From NCBI GenBank assembly GCA_030065575.1, contig JASJDZ010000043.1, positions 2,564 through 66,563 on the forward strand: a stretch of 64,000 nt of DNA, written 5' to 3'. The notes beneath the pieces were generated by a model. The model did not search any database, was not told where the DNA came from, and saw nothing but the letters and a program-made list of their open reading frames with translations. Made by a program: the position numbers and the translations under genes. Origin of the DNA: Acidimicrobiia bacterium. GTDB lineage: Bacteria; Actinomycetota; Acidimicrobiia; Spongiisociales; UBA5794. Positions 46,180 through 55,445 of the stretch are shown in pieces (positions within the stretch are counted from its first letter, which is position 1; every line of letters begins with the position of its first letter).

Positions 46180-47478
46180 CTAAGGGCTAGCTTCTAGTGA
46201 GCGCCGAATGAACCAGATCGCAAAGCTAACTGCGACGGCACCGCCAAGAATCCCGACGGCCGCAAACATGTTTTCGAGGAGAGCCGGCCGTATCAGCAGC
46301 AGTAGCCCGAGACCCAGCATCATCATGCCCGACATCAGCTTCAGAAACTGCCCCTCCCGCTCGGACAGTTTGCGCGAGCCGAGCGTCCAAACGAAGACGC
46401 CAACGATCACCAGAAGCGGGATGACATACACCAGGTTGTATAGAACCAGGTAGGAGTAGTAGCTCGCCGTCGAGAGATCGTTCAGGGTCAGCACCCGGGT
46501 GAAGACCAGCGGGAAACCGGCTGTGCAAAGCAACTCATAGCTGTTGGCAACAGCCGCCAGTGCCACAGTGCCCGCCAGCACTGTCGGCATCGAATCGCCG
46601 GTGGTCAGCTTCCTCATCCGGGCGAAGAGCCCTGGCCTGGCCGCGTCGGGTATCGAAAGCGAGCCTGCGGTTCCCGGTGCGAAGTAGTCCTTCATGTTGA
46701 GGAGCGCAATCACGAGCGCGATGGTGCCGGCCACGGCGGTCACCCATCTGAGCTGGCCGGTCACGAGGAACACGTTCAGCCAGGCTGCCATGAAAGCGAA
46801 GTACATGACCCCCGACATCACCACGAACACACCACCCACCAGGGCCATTCGCCACCGGCTCCGTGCATGCACCAGCAGGCTGAGCAAGAAGAGCAGGACG
46901 AAGAATGCACACGGGTTGAACGCATCGAGACCCGCCACCGCGATGGTGAAGATCGGCAGTGATACCCGGTCGGCATCGATATCACCTAGAACCGGGACGC
47001 TCAGGTCGTCGTCACTGTCACCCGACCCGGTTCCGGGGTCCGCGTTGCTAGAGAGCGCCTCAAAGCAGCGCACCAGTTCTGCCTCGAGCTCGGCGCCCTT
47101 CTCCTCGGCGCTGTCGAAACCGCCATCCATCTGCTCGCAGAAGAGATAGGTCGGTACCCCGACTATGTCCTCGCCGACCTCGTCGGCGAGTGCCAGCACC
47201 CTATTGACCTGTTCCTCGGTGGCGGACTCGGCGCTGACCCGGATCACCTGCAGCCAGTCATACTCCTGTTCGAGGTACTCGATGAAGGGTTTCGCCTTGG
47301 CGCAGTAGGCACACGTCTCGGAGTAGACGTAGTAGAAGGCAACCTGTTTGCTGCCCGACCCGTCCTGGGGATACCAATCGGACTGTTCCCCAGATTGAGC
47401 TGTGGACGCGCCGACCGGTGGCGCAAGGACTGCAATCGCCAGCGCCGTGAGCAGCACGAGAATCAGGACACGTTTCAT
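46180..47478 (-). CDS. Fusion of a thioredoxin-like domain and a CcdA/DsbD-like membrane domain.
   Basis: It has a signal peptide, a periplasmic Trx-like segment with CAYC, an acidic linker, and then a 6-8 TM domain. The TM domain has Cys residues in TM helices (NPCAFF, LLCTAGFP), as in CcdA. Confidence 0.6.
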   Translation of the reverse strand: MKRVLILVLLTALAIAVLAPPVGASTAQSGEQSDWYPQDGSGSKQVAFYYVYSETCAYCAKAKPFIEYLEQEYDWLQVIRVSAESATEEQVNRVLALADEVGEDIVGVPTYLFCEQMDGGFDSAEEKGAELEAELVRCFEALSSNADPGTGSGDSDDDLSVPVLGDIDADRVSLPIFTIAVAGLDAFNPCAFFVLLFLLSLLVHARSRWRMALVGGVFVVMSGVMYFAFMAAWLNVFLVTGQLRWVTAVAGTIALVIALLNMKDYFAPGTAGSLSIPDAARPGLFARMRKLTTGDSMPTVLAGTVALAAVANSYELLCTAGFPLVFTRVLTLNDLSTASYYSYLVLYNLVYVIPLLVIVGVFVWTLGSRKLSEREGQFLKLMSGMMMLGLGLLLLIRPALLENMFAAVGILGGAVAVSFAIWFIRRSLEASP

Positions 47479-47577
47479 TGGAACGAACAGGTTGACAATC
47501 GATGCGCCGCTCAGCCAGGGGCAAAGGTCCCCGGTTCTGGATGCGGATTGATCAGTGAATTCGGCCTGGTGGCCCGC

Positions 47578-48516
47578 TCACAGCGATGCGACGAACTCGG
47601 AGAGTTGATCCATCGTGGCGAGGCCATCCAGGACCCCAACCTGCGTCACACAGAACGCACCGGCTCTATTTCCCAGCTGGATCGAGTCTCCCAGACTCTG
47701 CCCGCGCGCCATCCCTACGACCAGCCCGGCATTGAAGGCGTCACCAGCCCCGGTCGAGTCAACTGCATCGACCAGAAGGGACGGGTAGCTAGTGCTCCCG
47801 GCGCTCGTGATGTGTACGGCTCCCTTGCTGCCGATGGTCGCCACGACCTCGCCCACCCCCAGTTGCAGGAGACGTTCCCCAGCCGTCACCACATCGCTCG
47901 TGGTGTCGGTTGGCATTCCGGTGAGGATCGACAGCTCTGTCTCATTGGGAGTGGCGATATCGACGGCTTCGAGGAGAGCGGCAGGTAGCGGCGCCGCAGG
48001 CGCCGGATTGAGGACCACGGTTGCCCCGGCCGCCTTGGCGTCCTCGGCAGCCCTGGTCACCGTTGCGATCGGAATCTCGAGCTGCGCCAGCAGAATGTCG
48101 CCGGGGGAGTATGCAATGTCCGCAACGTCCTCTGGCTGTAGATCGGCACTGGCACCGGGCGCAACCGAAATCATGTTCCGACCCGTGTCATCGACAAAGA
48201 TCAGCGCGACCTGGTTGTCGCGATCGGACTGGCGGACGAGGGGGCCGAGCAAGCCCTCGGCGTCGAGAAACGCCTGCGCTTGCCGCCCGAGATCACGGCT
48301 GCCCGTCTTGGTTGCGAACTGAACGTCCGCCCCGAGTCGCGCAACTCCAACGGCCTGATTGAAGCCCTTGCCACCCGGACCGATATGCAGCGGCTGGGTA
48401 GCCAACACGGTTTCGCCCATCTTGGGGAGCCGCGCCGAGAGGGACACAAAATCGATTCCTACGCTTCCAACTACGAAGATTCCCATGCCGCAGATGATAT
48501 ACCTGCATTCCGCCAT
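47578..48516 (-). CDS. rbsK: Ribokinase (PfkB family).
   Basis: It has GGKGFNQA and DTTGAGDAFNAG motifs. The ATG at 48516 follows a GAGGAGGGG RBS. Confidence 0.85.
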   Translation of the reverse strand: MAECRYIICGMGIFVVGSVGIDFVSLSARLPKMGETVLATQPLHIGPGGKGFNQAVGVARLGADVQFATKTGSRDLGRQAQAFLDAEGLLGPLVRQSDRDNQVALIFVDDTGRNMISVAPGASADLQPEDVADIAYSPGDILLAQLEIPIATVTRAAEDAKAAGATVVLNPAPAAPLPAALLEAVDIATPNETELSILTGMPTDTTSDVVTAGERLLQLGVGEVVATIGSKGAVHITSAGSTSYPSLLVDAVDSTGAGDAFNAGLVVGMARGQSLGDSIQLGNRAGAFCVTQVGVLDGLATMDQLSEFVASL

Positions 48517-48586
48517 CCGAGTGGCCCCTCCTCACTGCATCAACTAGGTTCCCAGCAGGATTCGCCGGGGATCTGGAAGGGGCCTC

Positions 48587-49438
48587 GTGGTACTCAGCCT
48601 TGCCATCGCCTCGGCTATATCGCTCGGGGTGGCGGACTATCTAGCGGGGGCGACCCTACGTTCCGACGGACGGATGAATGCCGCCCTGCCGTACACCGCA
48701 ATCGGAGCGATCTTCGGCGCAATCGTTGTGAGCGTGGCCCTGCCTTTCGCCCCCCCGGAGGAGTTCTCATCGACTGATCTCTACTGGTCCCTGGCCGCAG
48801 GGACGGCAACCGGGCTTGCGCTTCCACTTCTGATGGTCGGGATGGCGCGCGGCCCCATGGCGGTGGTTGCTCCCGTCTTAGGTCTGGTCTCGATGGCGGT
48901 TCCCGCCATCGTGGGGCCGATCCTCGGGGATCGCCTCACGTCGGTCGAGGTCATCGGATTGCTCGTCGCATTCCCGGCTGCCGGTCTCGTATCCCTATCC
49001 GACCACGAGTCTGAGGAGTCGGCCCCAATCCCGAGAGCGATAGCCCTGGCGGCAGGCGCCGGGGCTCTGTTTGGCACCGCCGCGATCTGCTTCGGTCAGA
49101 CCAGCACCGCCAGCGGCATCGCTCCCGGCGTAGTCGCCCAAATCACAACCGCCGCACTGCTCAGCACGGGCACAATTCTGACCCGTCGCCTGATCAGACC
49201 CAGATCGCACGCAATGACTCTCTCTGCAGCTGTGGGGATCCTGACCGCGATAGCGGTGTTCCTCAGTGTCCTTGCCTACCAGCGGGGCCCCGTCGCCATA
49301 GTCGCCGCCGTTATCGGTCTGGCACCGGGACCGACGGTACTGCTGGCCCGCATGGTTGCCCGCGAGAGCATACGCTCGATACAGCTCGTCGGCTTTGCCC
49401 TGGGGATAGTCGCCGTCATCCTCTTCGCTCTCGGCTAA
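48587..49438 (+). CDS. DMT-superfamily (EamA-like) membrane transporter.
   Basis: It has about 10 TM helices in a duplicated 5+5 architecture and a GTG start. Confidence 0.55.
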   Translation: MVLSLAIASAISLGVADYLAGATLRSDGRMNAALPYTAIGAIFGAIVVSVALPFAPPEEFSSTDLYWSLAAGTATGLALPLLMVGMARGPMAVVAPVLGLVSMAVPAIVGPILGDRLTSVEVIGLLVAFPAAGLVSLSDHESEESAPIPRAIALAAGAGALFGTAAICFGQTSTASGIAPGVVAQITTAALLSTGTILTRRLIRPRSHAMTLSAAVGILTAIAVFLSVLAYQRGPVAIVAAVIGLAPGPTVLLARMVARESIRSIQLVGFALGIVAVILFALG

Positions 49439-49441
49439 TCG

Positions 49442-50719
49442 TCAGGTGACGGTGCTGCGCTGGCGGCGATACTTGGACAGCCGATCCTCCCGCATCAGGC
49501 CCGCAATTCGATGTACGGCGTTATGGACATCGGCGAAGCTCACGTAGAGCGGAGCCAGACCCAGGCGGATGTTGTCGGGCTCGCGGAAATCGGGCACAAC
49601 GCGACCTTCATCAATCATGGCTTGAACAACTCGCCAGGCGTCCGGGTGGCGCAATGAGACGTGGGAACCACGCCGGGCCGCCTCCCGGGGAGATGCAATC
49701 GTGAACCCAAGCGGCGAGAGAACCTCGTCCGCGAGCTCGATCAGATAGTCGGTGAGGGCAACAGACTTCGCTCTGATCCGGCCGATGCCCGCCTCAGCAA
49801 CGATCTGAGCGGCCGGAGTGATCGCAGCGAGAGACAGGATCGGCATCGTTCCCGTCTGGAATCGAGCTATGTCTGCTGCCGGCCGGTACTCGAGGTCGAA
49901 ATCGAATGGTCGGCGGTGACCCCACCACCCGGCCAGGGGGTTCTCCAGGGGAAGCTCCGGATTGACGTACATGAAGGCGGGGGCGCCGGGACCGCCGTTG
50001 AGGTACTTGTACGTGCACCCAACGGCCAGATCGACACCCGAGAGGTCGGTGGGAACCACGCCTGCCGAGTGGCTGAGATCCCATAGGACCATCGCGCCTA
50101 CTTCGTGCGCCGCTTCGGTGATCCTTCGCATGTCGTAGAGATACCCACTCTTGAAGACGACGTGGGACAGCGTCACTAATGCCACATCGGCATCCAACGC
50201 TGCTTCGACGGCCTCCACCGGGCCATTGATACCGTCGTGGGATTGAATCACCTCCACGTCGCCACCACCGGCCGCCTCGGTTGCTGCTTCGAGGACGTAG
50301 AGATCGGTGGGGAAGTTCAGGTCGTCGGTGATGACCCGGGTCCGTCCCGGCCGCAACCGGAGGGCTCCCCACGCAAGCTTGAACAGACAGACGGTGGTCG
50401 AGTCCGCCACGACCACCGATCCCGGCTCAGCGCCAATCAGCGGCGCAAGCAGGTCACCCGTGTCGCGGCCCAGCGTCCACCACCCCTCGCCCCAGGACCC
50501 AATCAAGCGGCTACCCCATTCTTGCGCTATCACCTCCTCCAGATGGTCGCTCGTAGCCGCCGGTAGGCGACCCAGTGAATTCCCATCGAGGTAGATCAGC
50601 TCCGGATCATCAGAGATGAAGCGGGAACGAAACTCTGCCAACGCGTCCGCAGCATCGTGCGCCTGGGCTTCTGCAAACCCAGCGGAATCGGGGAATGGGC
50701 CCATCCCAAGTTCGGCCAT
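49442..50719 (-). CDS. kynU: Kynureninase.
   Basis: It has a PLP fold type I with the KynU signatures (LDGNSLG, WDLSHSAG, CTYKYLNGGPGAPAF). Its start overlaps the upstream stop as TGATG. Confidence 0.85.
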   Translation of the reverse strand: MAELGMGPFPDSAGFAEAQAHDAADALAEFRSRFISDDPELIYLDGNSLGRLPAATSDHLEEVIAQEWGSRLIGSWGEGWWTLGRDTGDLLAPLIGAEPGSVVVADSTTVCLFKLAWGALRLRPGRTRVITDDLNFPTDLYVLEAATEAAGGGDVEVIQSHDGINGPVEAVEAALDADVALVTLSHVVFKSGYLYDMRRITEAAHEVGAMVLWDLSHSAGVVPTDLSGVDLAVGCTYKYLNGGPGAPAFMYVNPELPLENPLAGWWGHRRPFDFDLEYRPAADIARFQTGTMPILSLAAITPAAQIVAEAGIGRIRAKSVALTDYLIELADEVLSPLGFTIASPREAARRGSHVSLRHPDAWRVVQAMIDEGRVVPDFREPDNIRLGLAPLYVSFADVHNAVHRIAGLMREDRLSKYRRQRSTVT

Positions 50720-51969
50720 CAGATCAACCAGAACTCGGTCTGGCGACCGTCTATGAACTCGAGCTCACCATCGCTGAACAGAGCCTCCTCCTCGAGCATG
50801 AATCTGACCTCCTGGCCATCCCACTCGGGAACCTCGTGCACCACCGATAACTCGATGGAGTAGGCGGTGTCGGCATGAATCGGGTAGTCACCGGTGCCGG
50901 GGATGCCATCCTGCTGATCCCACAGCCCAATAGTGGGGCCGGCGCCGTGCCCGTGGAGCCCGATCGGGTGGCTGTAGATGCACGGCTGGAGGCCCTCAGC
51001 GAGAGCCTGCCGGCGGGCCTCGCTCAGCACATCGTTGCCGGTAGCACCGGGGCGGAAGCGCTCGATCAGGATGTCTTGCAACCGGTTGGCACCAGCGAGA
51101 CCAGCGCGCAGGCCGAGCGGGGCCTCATCCTCGCCATTACGAAGCACATATGCGTGCTGCTGCTGATCGGTGTGAAGCCCGAGGTACTCGATACCGAAGT
51201 CGATGTGAATCAGATCGCCCGGTTCGATGATGGTGTCGCCGGGATGTTCACTGAAGTCACCGTTGCGGTGACGCCGGGGCCGCTGGACTGAGACGCTCGG
51301 CTGGAACCAGGTTCGGTAGCCAGAGGCCAACACGCTCTGCCGCAGCCACCATTCCACATCGGCTGTCGACGTCGTCCCGGGGGTCACCACATCACTCGAT
51401 AGCGCAGTGCGCAGCAGGTCGTGGGCACGGGCGCAGATGTCGGAGTAGTTGTGCTTCTCCGAAGCCGACCTGGTTTCGAGCCAGCCGACCGCCGGCTCGT
51501 GAGTCGCAACGACCCGACTGCGGAGATCCGGCGAAAGAGCCGTTATCAACCGGTCGTGCTCAGACGCGCTCAGACCATCGGCAACGGCATATAGGGGTGA
51601 GCGGTTGAGCGCAATACGTTGCGGCGCCTTGTCCTCCAGATACGCGCTGAGGCGAGCCCACTGGTCGGGCTCGTCCCCCGGATCCCATGCCGCCGGGAAG
51701 GCGTTTCCCACGGCGTAGCGCGCAATAGCCACACGTTCCCTCCCGAAGTCCGTGAACACCAGGATGGTTCGTCGCCGCGCCGTTATCCATGTGGCGGGCA
51801 GCATTGTCCTCACGATTGGGTCCTCGTTGTACTCGCGAGCCACCAGCACCCAACAGTCAATGCCGATCCGTTCCAGGATCGAGGGCAATACCGTCTCGAG
51901 ACGCTCCTCGAGCCAGGCATCTCGGATTCCCGCTTCTTCTCGCAGGCTCACTGCTGAGTCTCTTCCCAT
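50719..51969 (-). CDS. M24-family metallopeptidase (Xaa-Pro aminopeptidase-like).
   Basis: It has a C-terminal pita-bread fold with metal ligands (HIDFG, HGHG, ELSV). I chose the ATG at 51969 because the longer start at 52116 would overlap the divergent secreted-protein gene. Confidence 0.75.
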   Translation of the reverse strand: MGRDSAVSLREEAGIRDAWLEERLETVLPSILERIGIDCWVLVAREYNEDPIVRTMLPATWITARRRTILVFTDFGRERVAIARYAVGNAFPAAWDPGDEPDQWARLSAYLEDKAPQRIALNRSPLYAVADGLSASEHDRLITALSPDLRSRVVATHEPAVGWLETRSASEKHNYSDICARAHDLLRTALSSDVVTPGTTSTADVEWWLRQSVLASGYRTWFQPSVSVQRPRRHRNGDFSEHPGDTIIEPGDLIHIDFGIEYLGLHTDQQQHAYVLRNGEDEAPLGLRAGLAGANRLQDILIERFRPGATGNDVLSEARRQALAEGLQPCIYSHPIGLHGHGAGPTIGLWDQQDGIPGTGDYPIHADTAYSIELSVVHEVPEWDGQEVRFMLEEEALFSDGELEFIDGRQTEFWLI

Positions 51970-52114
51970 CCTCTGCTCTCCAGGCTCTTCGAGTTCAACG
52001 CAACGAGTATATGTAGCAGCCGGCTCCGGCTCGATCGCTCGGCTCGACGCAAAAGACATGCCCGATAGTGACCGACCCACCATTAGCCTCGTCAGCACTG
52101 TGTCAAGACGATTC

Positions 52115-53551
52115 ATGACTCTGCTGATCGGGTCGCTGATGCTCTCGATGGGGACGGCGGCTGTCGGCGCCGACCTCCCCCCGGGTGGGACATTCCTGGA
52201 CGACGATCACAGCGTCCACGAGAGCGCAATCGAAGCGATTGCTGCTGAGGGCATCACCCTTGGTTGCAACCCACCCGCCAACGACCGCTACTGCCCCCAG
52301 AATCCCGTCACCCGCGGCCAAATGGCCGCCTTCCTCGATCGAGCACTCAAGCTGCCCCCGACCACCCAAGCACCATTCAACGACGTCAGCGGAGTCTTCA
52401 CCGATTCCATCAACCGCCTCGCCGCCGCCGGCATCACCCTCGGCTGCAACCCACCCGCCAACGACCGCTACTGCCCCCAGAAGCTGATTACCAGAGCCGA
52501 GATGGCCACCTTCCTGACCCGGGCGCTCGGCTTGACTCCGCTAACCCCGCCGGTGCGACCCGGACCGCCAACGGGCAATCCTGACGGCAACGCGGTTGTC
52601 CCGGCAGAGGCGCAGGCCGAAAGCGTCTTCAACCCCGACATAGTCATCGGCAACGGCACGCCAGCCAGTTGCACCTCCGCAGCTGTGGTCGACGCAGTGG
52701 CGCAGGGTGGTGTGATCGTCTTCGACTGCGGGCCCGATCCGATCACGATCGAGATGATGGAGCCCGCCAAGGTCTTCAACAACACCGGCCCTGAGATCGT
52801 CATCGACGGCGGGGGACTCGTGACCCTGAGCGGGCGGAACCAAAACCGGATCCTGTATATGAACACGTGTGATCCTGACCTGATCTGGACAACCCCACAC
52901 TGTCAGAACCAGGACCATCCGCGGCTGACAGTGCAGAACCTGACGTTTGTCAACGGCAACTCGAAGGGAGATGACCCCGACGGGGGTGGAGCCATCTGGG
53001 TGCGCGGGGGCAGATTCAAGATCGTGAACTCACGATTCTTCAACAACGTGTGCGACGACGTCGGCCCTGATGTCGGCGGTGCCGCTGTTCGAGTCTTCAG
53101 CCAGTACCAGGGCCTTCCGGTATATGTCGTCAACAGCACCTTCGGCGGTGCCGAGGGCTACGGCAATGTCTGCTCGAACGGGGGAGGGCTGAGCAGCATC
53201 GGAGTCTCCTACACGGTCATCAACAGCCTGTTCACTCACAATCTGGCGATTGGGAACGGGGCGAATCCATCCCGTGGTGGCACCCCCGGAGGCGGCAGCG
53301 GTGGGGCCATCTACAACGACGGCAATACCTTCACGCTGAAGATCGTCGATACCGTCATCGAGGACAATCACGCCAACGAGGGCGGAGGCGCCATCTTCTT
53401 TGTCAGCAATGATCGATCCGGGAATCTTCGGATCGAGGACTCGACGCTTCGCCGCAACCCGAGTGATGGATTTGAGACTCGCGGCTTCCCCGGGATCTTC
53501 TACCTGGGAAGCGGGCCGATCCAGGTCGTCAACTCGACTATCGAGGAGTAG
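52115..53551 (+). CDS. Secreted protein with two SLH-like repeats and a C-terminal right-handed beta-helix (pectate-lyase/adhesin-like).
   Basis: It has a signal peptide (MTLLIGSLMLSMGTAAVGA). It has two 60-aa repeats of the type AIxxxAAxGITLGCNPPANDRYCPQxxxTRxxMAxFLxRAL. It then has Gly/Asn-rich repeats (GGGAIW, GGAIYNDGN, GGGAIFFVSND). Confidence 0.65.
   Translation: MTLLIGSLMLSMGTAAVGADLPPGGTFLDDDHSVHESAIEAIAAEGITLGCNPPANDRYCPQNPVTRGQMAAFLDRALKLPPTTQAPFNDVSGVFTDSINRLAAAGITLGCNPPANDRYCPQKLITRAEMATFLTRALGLTPLTPPVRPGPPTGNPDGNAVVPAEAQAESVFNPDIVIGNGTPASCTSAAVVDAVAQGGVIVFDCGPDPITIEMMEPAKVFNNTGPEIVIDGGGLVTLSGRNQNRILYMNTCDPDLIWTTPHCQNQDHPRLTVQNLTFVNGNSKGDDPDGGGAIWVRGGRFKIVNSRFFNNVCDDVGPDVGGAAVRVFSQYQGLPVYVVNSTFGGAEGYGNVCSNGGGLSSIGVSYTVINSLFTHNLAIGNGANPSRGGTPGGGSGGAIYNDGNTFTLKIVDTVIEDNHANEGGGAIFFVSNDRSGNLRIEDSTLRRNPSDGFETRGFPGIFYLGSGPIQVVNSTIEE
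52250..52482 (+). repeat. Two copies of a 53-nt near-identical direct repeat, 180 nt apart.
   Basis: The copies at 52250-52302 and 52430-52482 differ at 2 positions. They encode the GITLGCNPPANDRYCPQ cores of the two SLH-like repeats. Confidence 0.6.
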
Positions 53552-54047
53552 CGGGATCCGGTAGCCCGGTGAGCGTTGCCAGAACCTGCTCCAGGCCGTG
53601 GTCGGCACTGACGACGGTTGCCCCCGCCTCCGCGGCCGCGCGCATTCGATCCGCGTGCAACCTGCGCGCCTCTGCGTCGCCAACCGGACGCCGGTGATCG
53701 GCAGGGTGCTGTAGCCCTCGCTCCGGGACGGCGAGATCCAACATGACAAGTGTGTGTCCCTCGGCCACGATCCGCTTCAGAAGCGGCATGTCGTCTGCGA
53801 TGCTGGCTGCCGCTGCGATCACCTGCGGACTGCTCGCCGCAATCGAATCGAGGACAAAGCGTCGTTCGAGCTCATGCAGATGAGGCACGCCGTCTGCGGC
53901 GGCAATCTCACGAGCATTGCTCCCGGTGATGGCGAGCAGGGACTCGTCGCTATCGCTGAACGGCATCCTTCGCGCCCCGGCCAGTGCTCTGCCAACTGCG
54001 GTCTTGCCTGCACCCATGGGCCCCGTTATGACGATGTGCTGAGCCAT
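53538..54047 (-). CDS. P-loop kinase of the shikimate/gluconate kinase family.
   Basis: It has a Walker A motif (ITGPMGAGKTAVGRAL) and is about 169 aa. It is convergent with the beta-helix gene, with a 14-bp overlap. Confidence 0.6.
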   Translation of the reverse strand: MAQHIVITGPMGAGKTAVGRALAGARRMPFSDSDESLLAITGSNAREIAAADGVPHLHELERRFVLDSIAASSPQVIAAAASIADDMPLLKRIVAEGHTLVMLDLAVPERGLQHPADHRRPVGDAEARRLHADRMRAAAEAGATVVSADHGLEQVLATLTGLPDPATPR

Positions 54048-54110
54048 CCATCTCCAAGCGGTCTAGTCACCGGCGATAGAGTAGACAGGGACCGCTACCG
54101 GAGGAACCCC

Positions 54111-54560
54111 ATGCTCCCGGAAGATCGCAGATTCCTCGATACGGCAATCGGGCAGGCCCGGATCGGTCTGTCGACCGGGGGCATTCCGATCGGCGCCGCA
54201 CTAGCAGCCGATGGAGCGTTGCTCGGAGCGGGCCACAACCAGCGTGTCCAGCTGGGATCGCCGATCCGGCACGGCGAAACGGATGCGCTGGAGAACGCAG
54301 GCCGGCAGCCGGCTTCCGTCTACCGTCGCGCCACGATGTACACCACGCTCTCACCGTGCGATATGTGCACCGGCGCCATCCTGCTCTACGGCATACCCCG
54401 CGTGGTCATTGGTGAGAACCGGACCTTCATGGGTGCGGAGAACCTCCTCCGCGAGCGCGGTGTCGAGGTCGTTGTGGTGGAGGATGCGGACTGTATTGCC
54501 ATGATGACCGAGTTCATCGCCTCTCACCCGGAGCTCTGGAACGAGGACATCGGCGAGTAG
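54111..54560 (+). CDS. CDA-fold nucleoside/nucleobase deaminase (guanine/cytosine deaminase-like).
   Basis: It has the zinc motifs HGETDA and PCDMC. The ATG at 54111 follows a GGAGGAA RBS. Confidence 0.75.
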   Translation: MLPEDRRFLDTAIGQARIGLSTGGIPIGAALAADGALLGAGHNQRVQLGSPIRHGETDALENAGRQPASVYRRATMYTTLSPCDMCTGAILLYGIPRVVIGENRTFMGAENLLRERGVEVVVVEDADCIAMMTEFIASHPELWNEDIGE

Positions 54561-54569
54561 GGGAGCGCA

Positions 54570-55136
54570 CTACCTCATCTCGGGAGGCAACTCTCCGATG
54601 TAGGGGAGGGTGCGATGTCGCTCGGCGTAGTCGAGCCCGTAACCCACGACCCACACATCGGGGATGGTGAACCCGAGGAAGTCGATCGGCACCTCCTGCT
54701 CAGTGCGGTCTGGCTTGTGCAGCAGCGTGCAGGTCCGAACCGAGTTCGGCTCGTGGGCGGCGAATAGTCGTTTCAGGTAGGCAAGGGTGTGCCCGGTGTC
54801 GACGATGTCCTCTACGAGCAGAACGTCCTCTCCGTCGATGCCGTGTCGCACGTCCATGAGGAGGCGCACCGGATCGGCGTGCTCGCTTTCCTTGGCTCCG
54901 TAGGACGACACTGCGATGAACTCGACCCGGTGCGGGACTTTCAGCCGCCGTGCCAGATCACTGAGGAAGATGAACGAGCCCTTGAGGACGCCGATCAGCA
55001 CCAGCATCTCGGTATCGGCGTAGGTCGCATCGATTTCGCTGGCGAGCTCGTCGACACGCGATTGAATCTCCGACTCGGACAGAAGAGTTGGGGGCATATC
55101 CATGTCCCGGACGCTAGCCGAATCCGTCAACCCCAT
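54570..55136 (-). CDS. hpt: Hypoxanthine-guanine phosphoribosyltransferase (copy 2).
   Basis: It has a PRPP motif (VLLVEDIVDTGHTLA). It is a paralog of the 34241 copy, with about 40% identity by eye. Confidence 0.85.
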   Translation of the reverse strand: MGLTDSASVRDMDMPPTLLSESEIQSRVDELASEIDATYADTEMLVLIGVLKGSFIFLSDLARRLKVPHRVEFIAVSSYGAKESEHADPVRLLMDVRHGIDGEDVLLVEDIVDTGHTLAYLKRLFAAHEPNSVRTCTLLHKPDRTEQEVPIDFLGFTIPDVWVVGYGLDYAERHRTLPYIGELPPEMR

Positions 55137-55160
55137 GCCGATGGTTGCCGATGCGCTGGC

Positions 55161-55442
55161 ATGAAGGTTCGTATCATCGTCCTCACGCTGCTGTTGCTTG
55201 CTGCCGGATGCAGCCAGGGATCTCGTGCCGGTTCATGTGCTGAGTTTGCCGCGGAGGTCGACGATCTGCTGGCTAGAGAGGTCTCCGCTTCCGAACTCGA
55301 AGCCTTCATCCAGGACAGCGAGGAAAGGGTGGCAGAGCTGATGGCGGCCAAGCCGGAGCGGGCAGAGCCTTGCGTCACGGCCGTCATGGAGGCGATGTTC
55401 ACCATCGGGTTCTCCGAGCTCGAGATCCTGTTCGAGCAGTAG
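55161..55442 (+). CDS. Small lipoprotein.
   Basis: It has a signal peptide with a lipobox (LLLLAAGCSQG) and is 93 aa and acidic. Confidence 0.5.
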   Translation: MKVRIIVLTLLLLAAGCSQGSRAGSCAEFAAEVDDLLAREVSASELEAFIQDSEERVAELMAAKPERAEPCVTAVMEAMFTIGFSELEILFEQ

Positions 55443-55445
55443 CTC

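Noticed and set aside
47479-47577. A hairpin-like GGGGCAAAGGTCCCC between rbsK and the Trx-CcdA gene as a terminator.
   Set aside because: Only a 4-bp stem can form and no U-tract follows, so I do not report it as a terminator.
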